Shown here: positions 37,828 to 46,710 of the stretch, one piece after another
How positions within the stretch are numbered: the first letter of the stretch is position 1
How the letters are laid out: each line of letters begins with the position of its first letter
Assembly: GCA_028821475.1 (NCBI GenBank)
Contig: JAPPGB010000047.1
Coordinates: 1,136 to 65,135 of the forward strand
DNA from: Spirochaetaceae bacterium
GTDB taxonomy: Bacteria; Spirochaetota; Spirochaetia; SZUA-6; Bin103
DNA length: 64,000 bases
Reading direction: 5' to 3'
Position numbers and translations under genes: made by a program
The notes under the pieces: model-generated
The model's database searches: none
Seen by the model: only the letters and a program-made list of their open reading frames with translations
What the model was told of the DNA's origin: nothing

Positions 37828-39636
37828 CTAATTTAGCAGTTCTGCCTTCAGCTCCTGGTCAATCCAGACACGGGCGTACAGGTCGCTCATTTGCCAATTC
37901 CCCATGGTCGCTTCGCCGTTATACCCCTTCAACCACGGCTGGCTGACATGATACATCGGGGAAACGGGACCCCAGATATTCCAATGTTGCTCCAGCGCGT
38001 ACATGTCTATCTCGCGGAACCACCCGTGGTACTCGTCGAGACTCGTGCTCGCCTTCAGGGCATCAATCATGGCGTCCATGTGAGGATCGCTGACGACCGC
38101 GGCGTTACCTGAAGTGCCTGAATGCCACCCCGTTGCATGAGCCTCATTGAAGTAGTTGGCGCCCGATATCGAGCCTATGAGATCCTCGAATGTGCCTTCA
38201 CGCAGGACCGCGCCGAACTCGGCCCCTGTAGACAGCACCTGAATCTCCAGATCAATGCCAAGCTCGCTCCAGTATGCAGCCGCCAATTCAAAGTAGCTGA
38301 GAACAGAATTTGCGTGAAGGACAACGGAGGTCTTGAATCTCGTGCCGTCGGCGCCGCGCGGGTAGCCGGCCTCATCGAGGAGCTTCTCGGCACCTTCGGG
38401 ATCGTACCTGTGGCCCCTCTTCACCTCGTCCGGCCACTCCTCGAACGGGACGAAGAGCCCCTTCTGAGCTGTTCCGACCTTCCCATGAGGCGTGATATCT
38501 CCCCTCCCTCCGAGGTAGGTTTCGTTGATCGTCTCCATGTCCAGCGCCATCTGCAGTGCCTTGCGCACCCTGATGTCGTCGTACGGCGGGTTGCTGGTGT
38601 TGAACCCGAAAGCGAACTCGGACCGTACATAGTACGGCCACTGCGTAATTTCGGGGTTGCTCTTGGCGAGACTCTCCGCCAAGTCTATGGTCCGCAATTG
38701 GGCTTCACCTGCATACCCCCTGTAGTCGAGCTTGCCGGAGCGCAGTGCCGCCGTACGGGTAGCCTCTTCTCGCATGATCAGCGCCACCAGCTCGTCAATG
38801 TAGGGCAGGCGGTTGTCCGGGTACTTTTCGTCGAAGCCCCAGTAGTTGGGATTCTTGAGCCAGGTGACGGACGATCCTTCGACATAGTCGGTCAGCATGA
38901 ACGGCCCCGTGCCGACCAGGTTCCTCCAGTCGTTGATGTTGCCGTGTTCCTCGATCACCTCCGGTGGATGGATGTCGAACGTGTACCACTGGAGGAGCGT
39001 AAACAGCGCAACAGGGTTGGGCTGCGCCAGCTCGATAACGACCGTCCATTGGTCGGTGGCCGTTACCGATTCGACTCCCACTGCGCCCAGCGGGCCCGCT
39101 CCCGGGGCAACCTCCGTAAAGCCGCTGCCCAGGCCGAGATAGCGGTGATAGTTGTATGCGATGTCATCGGCAGTCAGCTCGCGACCGTTCATCGGCGGCT
39201 TGTCATGCCAGTGAACGCCCTGGCGGATGTTGAGAACGATGGTCGTGTCGTCGGGTGTTTCCCAGCTCTCCGCCAGCGATCCCGTGAGACTCCAGAGCGG
39301 CGTGTCGGAGCTGACCATGCTCCGGCCCCATTCGTCTGCCGGCAGAGCCCAGTTCGCTATCGATGGTTTCTCAAGCACGCCTTGGACGAGCAAGAGACCG
39401 GAGCGACCGTTCAACGCTTCGTCGGCGGCGCCCGTCTCGGGCATGACGGTGGCATAGGTCAATGTCCCGCCGTATCGTGGCGCCTCCACCATCTCCCCGG
39501 TTCTGGGGTCGAGCACCATTTCCTTCTCGGCCGCCGCGGCCGGCTGGTCGCTCTCGCCGCTGGCCCAGACGCCGGTCGCGGCCAGGACGAACACGAGCAC
39601 AACCACGAAAGGGTGTGCAATTCCTGGAAGATTCAT
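37828..39636 (-). CDS. ABC transporter substrate-binding protein (family 5, peptide/nickel type)
   Basis: Signal peptide MNLPGIAHPFVVVLVFVLAATGVWA and a GGGAG RBS. About 600 aa, typical SBP_bac_5 size. No ATPase genes in the operon. Confidence 0.8.
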   Translation of the reverse strand: MNLPGIAHPFVVVLVFVLAATGVWASGESDQPAAAAEKEMVLDPRTGEMVEAPRYGGTLTYATVMPETGAADEALNGRSGLLLVQGVLEKPSIANWALPADEWGRSMVSSDTPLWSLTGSLAESWETPDDTTIVLNIRQGVHWHDKPPMNGRELTADDIAYNYHRYLGLGSGFTEVAPGAGPLGAVGVESVTATDQWTVVIELAQPNPVALFTLLQWYTFDIHPPEVIEEHGNINDWRNLVGTGPFMLTDYVEGSSVTWLKNPNYWGFDEKYPDNRLPYIDELVALIMREEATRTAALRSGKLDYRGYAGEAQLRTIDLAESLAKSNPEITQWPYYVRSEFAFGFNTSNPPYDDIRVRKALQMALDMETINETYLGGRGDITPHGKVGTAQKGLFVPFEEWPDEVKRGHRYDPEGAEKLLDEAGYPRGADGTRFKTSVVLHANSVLSYFELAAAYWSELGIDLEIQVLSTGAEFGAVLREGTFEDLIGSISGANYFNEAHATGWHSGTSGNAAVVSDPHMDAMIDALKASTSLDEYHGWFREIDMYALEQHWNIWGPVSPMYHVSQPWLKGYNGEATMGNWQMSDLYARVWIDQELKAELLN

Positions 39637-39861
39637 ACTGATCTCTCCCACATGTGAGATTGTGAGAGTGCTTCCGGTGCGAGTTGCCGTTCCCTGCCCA
39701 CTCTCGCGCCCGCAACGCAGGCGGCCAAAGCCGAGACGGCAATCTCAGGTGGTCACGCGCGCGGCATGAGTGTGACTCACTCTAGCAGCTAGGCCGCGCG
39801 CATGCTGCGATTAGTGTTGCAGACGCGCGACTACCCGTCAACTCCGTCAGTTGTGCGGCTA

Positions 39862-39901
39862 TTGACCGAAGACCACATATGACACTATATGCGGTGTCAT
39901 G
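39862..39901 (+). promoter_or_regulatory. hicAB promoter/operator copy 1: TTGACC-N17-CTATAT with inverted repeat ATGACAC-N8-GTGTCAT overlapping -10 and start codon
   Basis: Read directly. An identical arrangement is present at 44974-45013 upstream of the second hicAB copy. Confidence 0.45.
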
Positions 39902-40306
39902 CCGGGGGTTGGACCGGGTGTCAACGCTGCCATCGTCTGGCTCAACGCGTATGCGTACAACATCACGGTGCGGGAGTGCGTCTTCGAAGGCGAACCACTG
40001 TTCGAGGCTCGCGTCAAGGAGCTGCCGGACGTTCGGGAATATGCGGAGTCCGCACAGGAAGCCTACGATCTGGCCATCGACACCATCGAGACGGCAGCCG
40101 GGATGTTTGCCGAGACCGGCCGGCCGTTCCCGCCCCCGACCAGCCCGCAGGATGAATTCAGCGGCCGCGTTACGCTGCGCATTCCCAGAAGCCTGCATCG
40201 TGCGCTGGCGAGCGCGGCCGAAGACGAGGGCGTGAGCCTCAACCAACACCTCGTCACGGCCCTGACCCGCCTACACGCGAGTGCCGGCGCCAAGCGGCAC
40301 GGATAG
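39899..40306 (+). CDS. hicB: HicB-family antitoxin fused in frame to the first 12 codons of hicA (hicA deleted)
   Basis: MPGVGPGVNAAI (hicA N-terminus) is joined to LNAYAYNITV...RIPRSLHRALASAAEDEGVSLNQHLVTAL (HicB C-terminal RHH-like). Apart from the deleted hicA segment and the altered junction (IVW here, M+MKR there), the HicB-coding part is identical to 45303-45680. Confidence 0.7.
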   Translation: MPGVGPGVNAAIVWLNAYAYNITVRECVFEGEPLFEARVKELPDVREYAESAQEAYDLAIDTIETAAGMFAETGRPFPPPTSPQDEFSGRVTLRIPRSLHRALASAAEDEGVSLNQHLVTALTRLHASAGAKRHG

Positions 40307-40406
40307 GGAGCCGGCACGCCGGATTGGCCGCGGCGCCGTCTCCCGTATCGCCCACGCCGGAGACGCCGCTTGACTTTGGCGCTGACCCAAGGCACACCAT
40401 CCACCC

Positions 40407-41525
40407 ATGCCACCTGTCACGGGACCCACGGACGGGCCGGTCGCCGTTACCGGCGCCTCCGGCTACATCGGATCGCACGTCGTCAAGAACCTGGTCGAGG
40501 CGGGCTACGCGGTGCGCGCCAGCGTGCGCGACGCCAGCCGCCGGGACAAGACAGAGTTCCTCCTGGCCATGAACGACCTTGGCGCGGGCAGCGTCGAGAT
40601 CTTCGCGGCCGACCTGCTGCAGGCCACCGGCGGCGCCTACGACGAGGTGTGTGCCGGCTGCTCGGCGGTGTTTCACGTCGCCGCCGACCTGGGCACCGAC
40701 GCCGCGTACGGAGAAGGCAGCGCGCAACGCACCTACAACGCCATCATGGACGGCACCAGGGGCGTGCTGGAGTCGTGTCGCAGGGCCGGCACCGTCAAGC
40801 GGGTGGTGTACACCTCGTCGTGCGCGGCGGTATGGAGTGGCTGGCGGGGTGGAGCCGACCCCAGCGGCTACGAGTTCACCGAGCGGGACTGGGGCGGCCA
40901 CGGCACCGCCGAGCACCTGTGGAACGTCGAGACGGCCTCCTACGCCAAGGGCAAGGTGGATGCCGAGAAGTATGGCTATGCCTGGGGCGAGGAGACCGGC
41001 ATCGACGTGGTCTCCAACATGCCCAGCCACGTGCTCGGTCCGGTGCTCAACAGGACACAGAACAATGTGTGGCAGAAGAAGATCGGCCAGGCGCTGTCCG
41101 GGCAAAGCGGGCTGGACGCCGCCGGGAACTGGATCGGCCTCGGCTTCGGGCCGGCCATCGCGACGCTGGAGGGCGCGTCGCCCGGCTTCCTGTGGAACGT
41201 GATCGACGTGCGCGACATCGGCCAGGCGCAGCGCCTGATGGCAACCAGCAGCGTCGCCACCAACGGATCCCGATACATCCTGGGCGCCACCGACGAGTCC
41301 GGCGAGCTCACCGCGCGGCAGATGCGCGCTGCGCTCAGCGAGCTGTATCCCGATGTCGCGGTGGGCGGCGACTGGCAGACGCCGGACACGCCGGACTTCT
41401 GGCACGCCAAGTGCACCAGGGCCATTCGCGAATTGGGGCTGGAGACCCACCCCGTGCTGGACACGCTCCGGGCCACCGGTGACTCGCTGCTGGAGTGCGG
41501 CGCCATCGAGCTGGCCAGGAAATAG
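40407..41525 (+). CDS. NAD-dependent epimerase/dehydratase family protein (extended SDR, reductase-like)
   Basis: N-terminal VAVTGASGYIGSHVV, and YAKGK (YxxxK) active site. Confidence 0.8.
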   Translation: MPPVTGPTDGPVAVTGASGYIGSHVVKNLVEAGYAVRASVRDASRRDKTEFLLAMNDLGAGSVEIFAADLLQATGGAYDEVCAGCSAVFHVAADLGTDAAYGEGSAQRTYNAIMDGTRGVLESCRRAGTVKRVVYTSSCAAVWSGWRGGADPSGYEFTERDWGGHGTAEHLWNVETASYAKGKVDAEKYGYAWGEETGIDVVSNMPSHVLGPVLNRTQNNVWQKKIGQALSGQSGLDAAGNWIGLGFGPAIATLEGASPGFLWNVIDVRDIGQAQRLMATSSVATNGSRYILGATDESGELTARQMRAALSELYPDVAVGGDWQTPDTPDFWHAKCTRAIRELGLETHPVLDTLRATGDSLLECGAIELARK

Positions 41526-41527
41526 CG

Positions 41528-41622
41528 CGCACTTCCCGGACCTGGAAACCGCGGACATTCGGGCCTGCCTGCAGTTCGCTGCGGATCGTGAGCGCAGGTT
41601 GGTATCGATACCGCTGGAGTGA
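41528..41622 (+). pseudogene. 3' remnant of a DUF433 antitoxin gene
   Basis: AHFPDLETADIRACLQFAADRERRLVSIPLE* versus the intact copy ...LPDLTPDDIKACLSFAADRERRFVSVPAE* at 22248-22475. It begins 1 nt after the epimerase stop and continues 7 nt into the DUF5615 start (GTGAAGCT) before diverging. Confidence 0.55.
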
Positions 41623-41632
41623 AGCTTAGAAG

Positions 41633-42106
41633 CTAATCGGCTGCGCCGGCGGACGGCTCCCGGTCACCGCCGGCCTGCTCCTGCCGTGCGGCAGCCGCCC
41701 GTTCGATATCCGCGGCGATGCGGGCGCACAGGCGCTGGATGCGGCGCGCGTCGGCCGCCGCCCCGCGAGCGCCGGCCGGCTCTTCGTCGTACTCGAAGTA
41801 GAACGCCGGCGCGCGTCGCTCGGCCAATCGCGCGGAGACGGCGTGCACGTCGGCCGCTTCCACCTCGCTCAGGGGCATCTGCCGGGCGGCAAGCGTAGCC
41901 ACGAACAGTTCGGCGGCGTCGTGCACCTTCGGATAGTCGATGCACAGGTAGGTGAGCACCGCCTTCAGTGCCAGCTCCACGACTTCCTGCGCGCGGCGCA
42001 CCGCGATGTTCCACGAACCGCGGCGCAGCGCGCCCTCCATCTCCGCGAGGTGCTCGCGCGACGCCGCCAGCAGTTTGCGGCCGCGCTCGCCGTTGCTCAT
42101 CGCCAA
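41633..42106 (-). CDS. HEPN domain protein (toxin of HEPN/MNT pair)
   Basis: 157 aa, AVRRAQEVVELALKAVL...DYPKVHDAAELF (KTHDL-type HEPN motif). Downstream of the MNT gene. Confidence 0.7.
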   Translation of the reverse strand: MAMSNGERGRKLLAASREHLAEMEGALRRGSWNIAVRRAQEVVELALKAVLTYLCIDYPKVHDAAELFVATLAARQMPLSEVEAADVHAVSARLAERRAPAFYFEYDEEPAGARGAAADARRIQRLCARIAADIERAAAARQEQAGGDREPSAGAAD

Positions 42107-42116
42107 ACCCGCATGA

Positions 42117-42656
42117 TCACAACTCGATCATCTCTCCGGGGCGCAGGTCGGGCTTGAGATCCCAGTACCACGAGCCGTCGGCCAACTCGATGCGCCGCGA
42201 CCCCAACTCGGCGAGCCGCCTCCGGAGCGCCGCCAGCTTGGCGTGCAGCACTTGACGCGGATCGAACAGAACGATGCCGTGGTGAGAGACGTCCAGCAGC
42301 AGCCACGGGGTGTCGACCAGCGCTGCTTCCGACCGGAACACCGGCATCGGGTTGGTGGGCACGCCACGCGCCTGCAACTCCGCCGTGAGCGGCGCAGCAC
42401 GCAGCGCCAACTCCACTTCGACGAAGCTGTCCGCGACGCGCTCGCCGTCGCCCCGATACACCAGGAACAGGTCGATGTCGCTCTCCGCTCGCGCCTCACC
42501 GCGAGCCACCGACCCGTAGAGCGCGACCGCGACCAGTCGCTCATCCAGCTCGGCGCCCAACCTGGCGAGCAAACAGTCGGTGAGCGGCTTGACCTCAGCA
42601 TAGCCGGACCTGCGCCCCGTGCCGCATCTCTCTGAAGATGCTTCCATTGCTGCCAT
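42117..42656 (-). CDS. Minimal nucleotidyltransferase (MNT) domain protein
   Basis: LYGSVARGEARAESDIDLFLV is the canonical GSxxRG...DIDL. Start uncertain (42656 or 42647; ORF open to 42770). Confidence 0.75.
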   Translation of the reverse strand: MAAMEASSERCGTGRRSGYAEVKPLTDCLLARLGAELDERLVAVALYGSVARGEARAESDIDLFLVYRGDGERVADSFVEVELALRAAPLTAELQARGVPTNPMPVFRSEAALVDTPWLLLDVSHHGIVLFDPRQVLHAKLAALRRRLAELGSRRIELADGSWYWDLKPDLRPGEMIEL

Positions 42657-42708
42657 GATAGCACATGCCACTACCCGGGAAGCCGGTCGGATGCGGCCAA
42701 CGTCCTGA

Positions 42709-42891
42709 TCAAACTCCGCGGTGGAGAGGCTTGGGCCGCTCGGCACGGCGGGCCAGGAAGTACTCGGCAACCACTGAGAGCTGCTCGATCACGAGCAGTT
42801 TGTCGCGCAACGGGAGTGCGCGGAACTCCTCCCGTTGGCGGCGGCGGTTGCCGGCAAACGTGACCACCCGCCAATCGTTCTCGTCAGCCAT
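42709..42891 (-). CDS. Small hypothetical protein
   Basis: 60 aa (MADENDWRVVTFAGNRRRQREEF...). Its ATG overlaps the stop of the upstream fragment (ATGGCTGA). No recognizable family. Confidence 0.3.
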   Translation of the reverse strand: MADENDWRVVTFAGNRRRQREEFRALPLRDKLLVIEQLSVVAEYFLARRAERPKPLHRGV

Positions 42892-42906
42892 TTCCTTCCC
42901 TCCGAT

Positions 42907-43120
42907 CAAGCCGAGTCAGCTCCGCGATATCCGCCAGGTCTTGGGGCCTGCCCGCCGCGCGCTTCAGCCGCAGCAGGACTTCCAGCCGCACGATCCGTAT
43001 CGGCACTCCGGGCGACACCTCCTCGACCAGCGCCGCCGCGTACTCGGCAGCGAAGTCGAACGGTTCCGCGGCGAACAGGTCGACCGACGTCTCGCGGTGC
43101 CGGTCGCTGTGGAAGCCCAG
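42907..43120 (-). pseudogene. Start-less 3' gene fragment (...IVRLEVLLRLKRAAGRPQDLADIAELTRL)
   Basis: This reading frame opens immediately after the TAG of the PIN fragment, with no start codon. The C-terminal motif KRAAGRPQDLADIAEL is reminiscent of nucleotidyltransferase-like Abi/TA proteins, but the family is not identified. Confidence 0.3.
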
Positions 43121-43318
43121 CTACGACCGGTCGATTTCGCGAATCACCGCGGCATACAGCTCCACCCCGATGCGGAAGCCATGGGAGCGCACGAGGTCGT
43201 CCACGAGCCGGCGCACCTCGGCCCGGTCGACCAGTCCCCGCCGCAACGCGAGCAGCAATACGCCGAGCGTGCCGAGCGGTCGAATGCCTTCGACTGCGGC
43301 GACCGGTGAGCGGATCCC
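43121..43318 (-). pseudogene. 3' fragment of a DUF3368 PIN-domain gene
   Basis: The last about 65 codons (VEGIRPLGTLGVLLLALRRGLVDRAEVRRLVDDLVRSHGFRIGVELYAAVIREIDRS) are about 92% identical to the C-terminus of 50259-50750. Upstream sequence is unrelated GC-rich filler. Confidence 0.55.
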
Positions 43319-43708
43319 GATAGCGGCAGCGTCCCCCGTCGCGCAGCCAGACGTGACGCCGGACCGCCGCCGGAATGGGGCGCCGCAGCCGCTTGCGGCG
43401 CGCCCGATGCCCCGGCCCGGCGGGCGCCGCCCACCGCCACAGCGGATGCGGTCAGGCGCGCAGCACCGGACGCCGCTGCAGCGGCAGCCGGTGGAGTTGG
43501 CGGCACCCGAGTCCAATCGCACCGGCTGCGCACCCGCCGCTGCCGGGCCGGCAACGACCGCCGCCGACTCGTCAGGATACCCTCCGCGGCGGCTGCTCCC
43601 GGTGCATCGGTCTTCGCGGCCTCCGGCGTCAAAACATCGTGGATACCAGCTATGGGGTTTATCGAGCCCGAGCCGCTTCTTCAGGGCCTCCTCATCAGGT
43701 CAGCCCGG

Positions 43709-44740
43709 TCAGCCAAGCGGCGCCTCGGCCGCCGCCTTCCGCGCGCGTATTCGCGTCTGCGCGCGGGCGCGCATCTTGGCGTGCGCCTCGGCCGTGCCGT
43801 CGTGCATGCTGCCGAACAGCTTGTCCAGGAACATGTCCTCGTCGGAGGCGTAGTTGCACTCGAAGTAGCGGTGGTGCAGGTAGTGAAAGTAGCTGCCGTG
43901 GGCCAGCGCGGCCTTCTCGTGACCGAGCTCCATCTTCGAAAAGCCGGTGTGTCCCAGCGCCGGCGTCAGGCCGGCGTACTGCAGGTGGAAGATCGCATGC
44001 AGCGGATGCGACGGGACGATCAAGTGCACGAACATGTAGCTGAAGTAGATCAGGCTCTCGATGGGGTGCATCGAGATGCCCGACCACGGGCCCACGTTGA
44101 CGTTGCGGTGGTGGACGTAGTGGGCGGCCTTGTACAACGGCTTCCAGTGCATCAGCCGGTGGACTACGTAGAAATGGGCGGCGCGGAAGAACGGGATCGC
44201 AAGGAACAGCAGCACGAATGCGACCGGGCTGGTACGGAACGCCATGAAGGGAAGCAGGCCGTTGGCGTACGCCCACAGGGTAACCACCTCATACGCCGTC
44301 CAGATCCCGCCGCCGCTGACGATGCTGTAGAAGACGTTGTCGGCCGTCTGGCCGCCGAGGAAGAAGGCCCGGCTTTTCTCGGCGAGCCAACGGTTGTTGA
44401 ACTTGTAGCGCAGTCCCTGGGCGCGCTGGACGTGCAGGCGCACGTGAAAGATGCTGTACCACACGGCAATCAGGGCGACATTCCGTAGCAGGATCAGCGC
44501 GATCCAGCCCGGCCGCAGCGTCGCCATCGTCTCCAGGGGCGGCGTCAGGAAGAACCAGGTCACCGCGGTCAGGCCGAAGATCACCGCCTTGTAGGGCCAC
44601 AAGAAGCCGGGAAACCCGAACAGCCACGTGAGGAAGGGGGCGAGCCTGAACGGCCAGCGTGGGAACGCGGGCAACTCGATGCGCGCTACCGGCTTCCAGT
44701 TGCCCCGGGCGTCCCTACCCGGGAGGTCTGCGTACTCCAT
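43709..44740 (-). CDS. Fatty acid hydroxylase superfamily / sterol desaturase-like membrane protein
   Basis: Multi-TM protein with histidine boxes HRLMHW, HYVHH and HYLHH. Confidence 0.75.
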   Translation of the reverse strand: MEYADLPGRDARGNWKPVARIELPAFPRWPFRLAPFLTWLFGFPGFLWPYKAVIFGLTAVTWFFLTPPLETMATLRPGWIALILLRNVALIAVWYSIFHVRLHVQRAQGLRYKFNNRWLAEKSRAFFLGGQTADNVFYSIVSGGGIWTAYEVVTLWAYANGLLPFMAFRTSPVAFVLLFLAIPFFRAAHFYVVHRLMHWKPLYKAAHYVHHRNVNVGPWSGISMHPIESLIYFSYMFVHLIVPSHPLHAIFHLQYAGLTPALGHTGFSKMELGHEKAALAHGSYFHYLHHRYFECNYASDEDMFLDKLFGSMHDGTAEAHAKMRARAQTRIRARKAAAEAPLG

Positions 44741-44769
44741 TCGCCGACCGTACCTCCCCCGTCTCCCAA

Positions 44770-44820
44770 GGTCAACCGGGCCGCCGGTTGACCCCCTGAC
44801 CGGGCCGCGCGGTCAACCGG
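44770..44820. repeat. Three copies of the self-complementary 10-mer unit GGTCAACCGG/CCGGTTGACC (perfect 10-bp stem hairpin plus a third copy)
   Basis: GGTCAACCGG at 44770-44779, its reverse complement at 44784-44793 (4-nt loop), and GGTCAACCGG again at 44811-44820. It lies 30 nt upstream of the desaturase start and upstream of the hicAB promoter. Confidence 0.5.
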
Positions 44821-44973
44821 CACACGGCGCCGTACTCGGCACCTGTAGCCCAGCGCCAGGCGGTGAACGCGGGCCCACCGGGTAGCGGATGTGCGGGCGA
44901 AACAGGCGCCTGAGCGTACCAGGGCTCTGGAGTCGGCAATGCGCGAGATGCGCGAAAATGCCCGATGCGGCCA

Positions 44974-45013
44974 TTGACCGAAGACCACGTATGACACTAT
45001 ATACGGTGTCATG
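44974..45013 (+). promoter_or_regulatory. hicAB promoter/operator copy 2 (TTGACC...ATGACAC-N8-GTGTCAT)
   Basis: ATGACAC at 44991-44997 and GTGTCAT at 45006-45012 overlap the ATG at 45011. About 95% identical to 39862-39901. Confidence 0.45.
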
Positions 45014-45306
45014 CCGGGGGTTGGGCCGGGTGTCAACGCTGCCATCGCCTATCTGTCTACCGGCGCGCGTATTCGATGCGACGCGATGATCCGGTTGCTG
45101 ACCGGTCTCGGCTTTTCCGTCCGCGATGGCCGAAAGCAGGGCCACAAGGTCATCACCCACCGGGGCCTGGATGCCTTTACGTCGGCCGCCTTTCTTGCGG
45201 CCATGGCAAGAACCCGCAGGTCAAGCCGGTGTACGTGGCGAGTATCCGCTCGTTGCTCGCGTCCCATGCGGATGACTTGCAGAAACTGCCGGGAGGTCAG
45301 GAGTGA
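45011..45306 (+). pseudogene. hicA: HicA-family toxin gene requiring a frameshift
   Basis: Frame A reads MIRLLTGLGFSVRDGRKQGHKVITH (the HicA fold through the SHH-type motif). The C-terminal part (...GHGKNPQVKPVYVASIRSLLASH...QE*) is in a second frame ending in TGA, which overlaps the hicB start. Confidence 0.5.
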
Positions 45307-45680
45307 TGAAGAGGCTCAACGCGTATGCGTACAACATCACGGTGCGGGAGTGCGTGTTCGAAGGCGAACCACTGTTCGAGGCTCGCGTCAAGGAGCTGCC
45401 GGACGTTCGGGAATATGCGGAGTCCGCACAGGAAGCCTACGATCTGGCCATCGACACCATCGAGACGGCAGCCGGGATGTTTGCCGAGACCGGCCGGCCG
45501 TTCCCGCCCCCGACCAGCCCGCAGGATGAATTCAGCGGCCGCGTTACGCTGCGCATTCCCAGAAGCCTGCATCGTGCGCTGGCGAGCGCGGCCGAAGACG
45601 AGGGCGTGAGCCTCAACCAACACCTCGTCACGGCCCTGACCCGCCTACACGCGAGTGCGGGCGCCAAGCGGCACGGATAG
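45303..45680 (+). CDS. hicB: HicB-family antitoxin
   Basis: Identical protein to the hicB part of 39899-40306. C-terminal RIPRSLHRALASAAEDEGVSLNQHLVTALTR. Confidence 0.75.
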   Translation: MMKRLNAYAYNITVRECVFEGEPLFEARVKELPDVREYAESAQEAYDLAIDTIETAAGMFAETGRPFPPPTSPQDEFSGRVTLRIPRSLHRALASAAEDEGVSLNQHLVTALTRLHASAGAKRHG

Positions 45681-45735
45681 GGAGCCGGCACGCCGGATTG
45701 GCCGCGATTGGTCATTGTATCAACTCTGCGGGGTA

Positions 45736-46689
45736 TCAACTCTGCGGGGCCGCGGCGTCGGCGCCGTAGCGGCCGAGGCGGCCGCGCAGGCGGGGGTCGA
45801 GCAGGTCGCGCACCGCGTCGCCGAACATGTTGAGGCTGTAGACGACCACGGTCAGGCACAGTCCCGGCCACAGCGCCAGGTGCGGCGCCATCTCCATGTA
45901 CTGCCGACCCTCGCGGCTCAGCATGCCGCCCCAGCTCGGTATGTCCGGCGGCAGTCCGAAGCCCAGGAAGCTCAGCGCCGCCTCCGACATGATCACCCCG
46001 CCGACGTTGATGCTGAAGATGATGATGATCGGCGCCGCGATGTTGGGCAGCACGTGGCGCAGCAGCGAGCGCCGGCGCGAGCTGCCGATCGCCTGCGCCG
46101 CCTGGAAGTAGACGTTCTCCTTGACCCCCAGCACCGCGCCGCGCACCACCCGCGAGGCGGGGATGCCGCCCGACACCCCGAGCACGATGATGATCTGCAG
46201 CATGCCACGGCCGGCAATCGACATGATGGTGAGCAGCAGCAGCAGCCCCGGGAACGCCATCCAGGCGTCGACGAAGCGCTGCGTCACCAGGTCCAGCCGG
46301 CCGCCGATGAAGCCGGTGGTACCGCCGATCAGCACCGCCACCACGACGGTGAGGGCGGTGGCGGCCAGCCCCACCGACAGCGACAGCCGCGCCCCGTGGA
46401 TGAGGCGGCTCAGCAGGTCGCGCCCGACGTGGTCGGTGCCCAGCAGGTACGCGGCCGAGGGGGCCTGCAGGCGGTCGCGCAGGTGGATCTCCTCGAAGCG
46501 GTAGGGCGCCAGCGAATCGGCGAAGATGCTCACCAGCACCAGGAGCAGGATGACGATGCCGCCGGCGGTGCCCAACGGCTGTTCACGGAGCAGCCGGGCG
46601 AAGAAACGCCGCGCTCCCGCGTGCCCGGGCGCAGCCGCCCCGGTGGCCGGCTCGGCGCCGGCCGGAGTGATCTGTGATACGTCACCCAC
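45736..46689 (-). CDS. DppC/OppC-like ABC permease, paralog copy 2
   Basis: 317 aa, about 75% identical to 35920-36792. GTG start with an AGGAGAG RBS. The C-terminus is altered (DPRLRGRLGRYGADAAAPQS), with a 14-nt tandem duplication (TATCAACTCTGCGGGG x2) just 3' of it. Confidence 0.75.
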   Translation of the reverse strand: MGDVSQITPAGAEPATGAAAPGHAGARRFFARLLREQPLGTAGGIVILLLVLVSIFADSLAPYRFEEIHLRDRLQAPSAAYLLGTDHVGRDLLSRLIHGARLSLSVGLAATALTVVVAVLIGGTTGFIGGRLDLVTQRFVDAWMAFPGLLLLLTIMSIAGRGMLQIIIVLGVSGGIPASRVVRGAVLGVKENVYFQAAQAIGSSRRRSLLRHVLPNIAAPIIIIFSINVGGVIMSEAALSFLGFGLPPDIPSWGGMLSREGRQYMEMAPHLALWPGLCLTVVVYSLNMFGDAVRDLLDPRLRGRLGRYGADAAAPQS

Positions 46690-46710
46690 GGGCTCTCCTC
46701 ATTGCACTCG

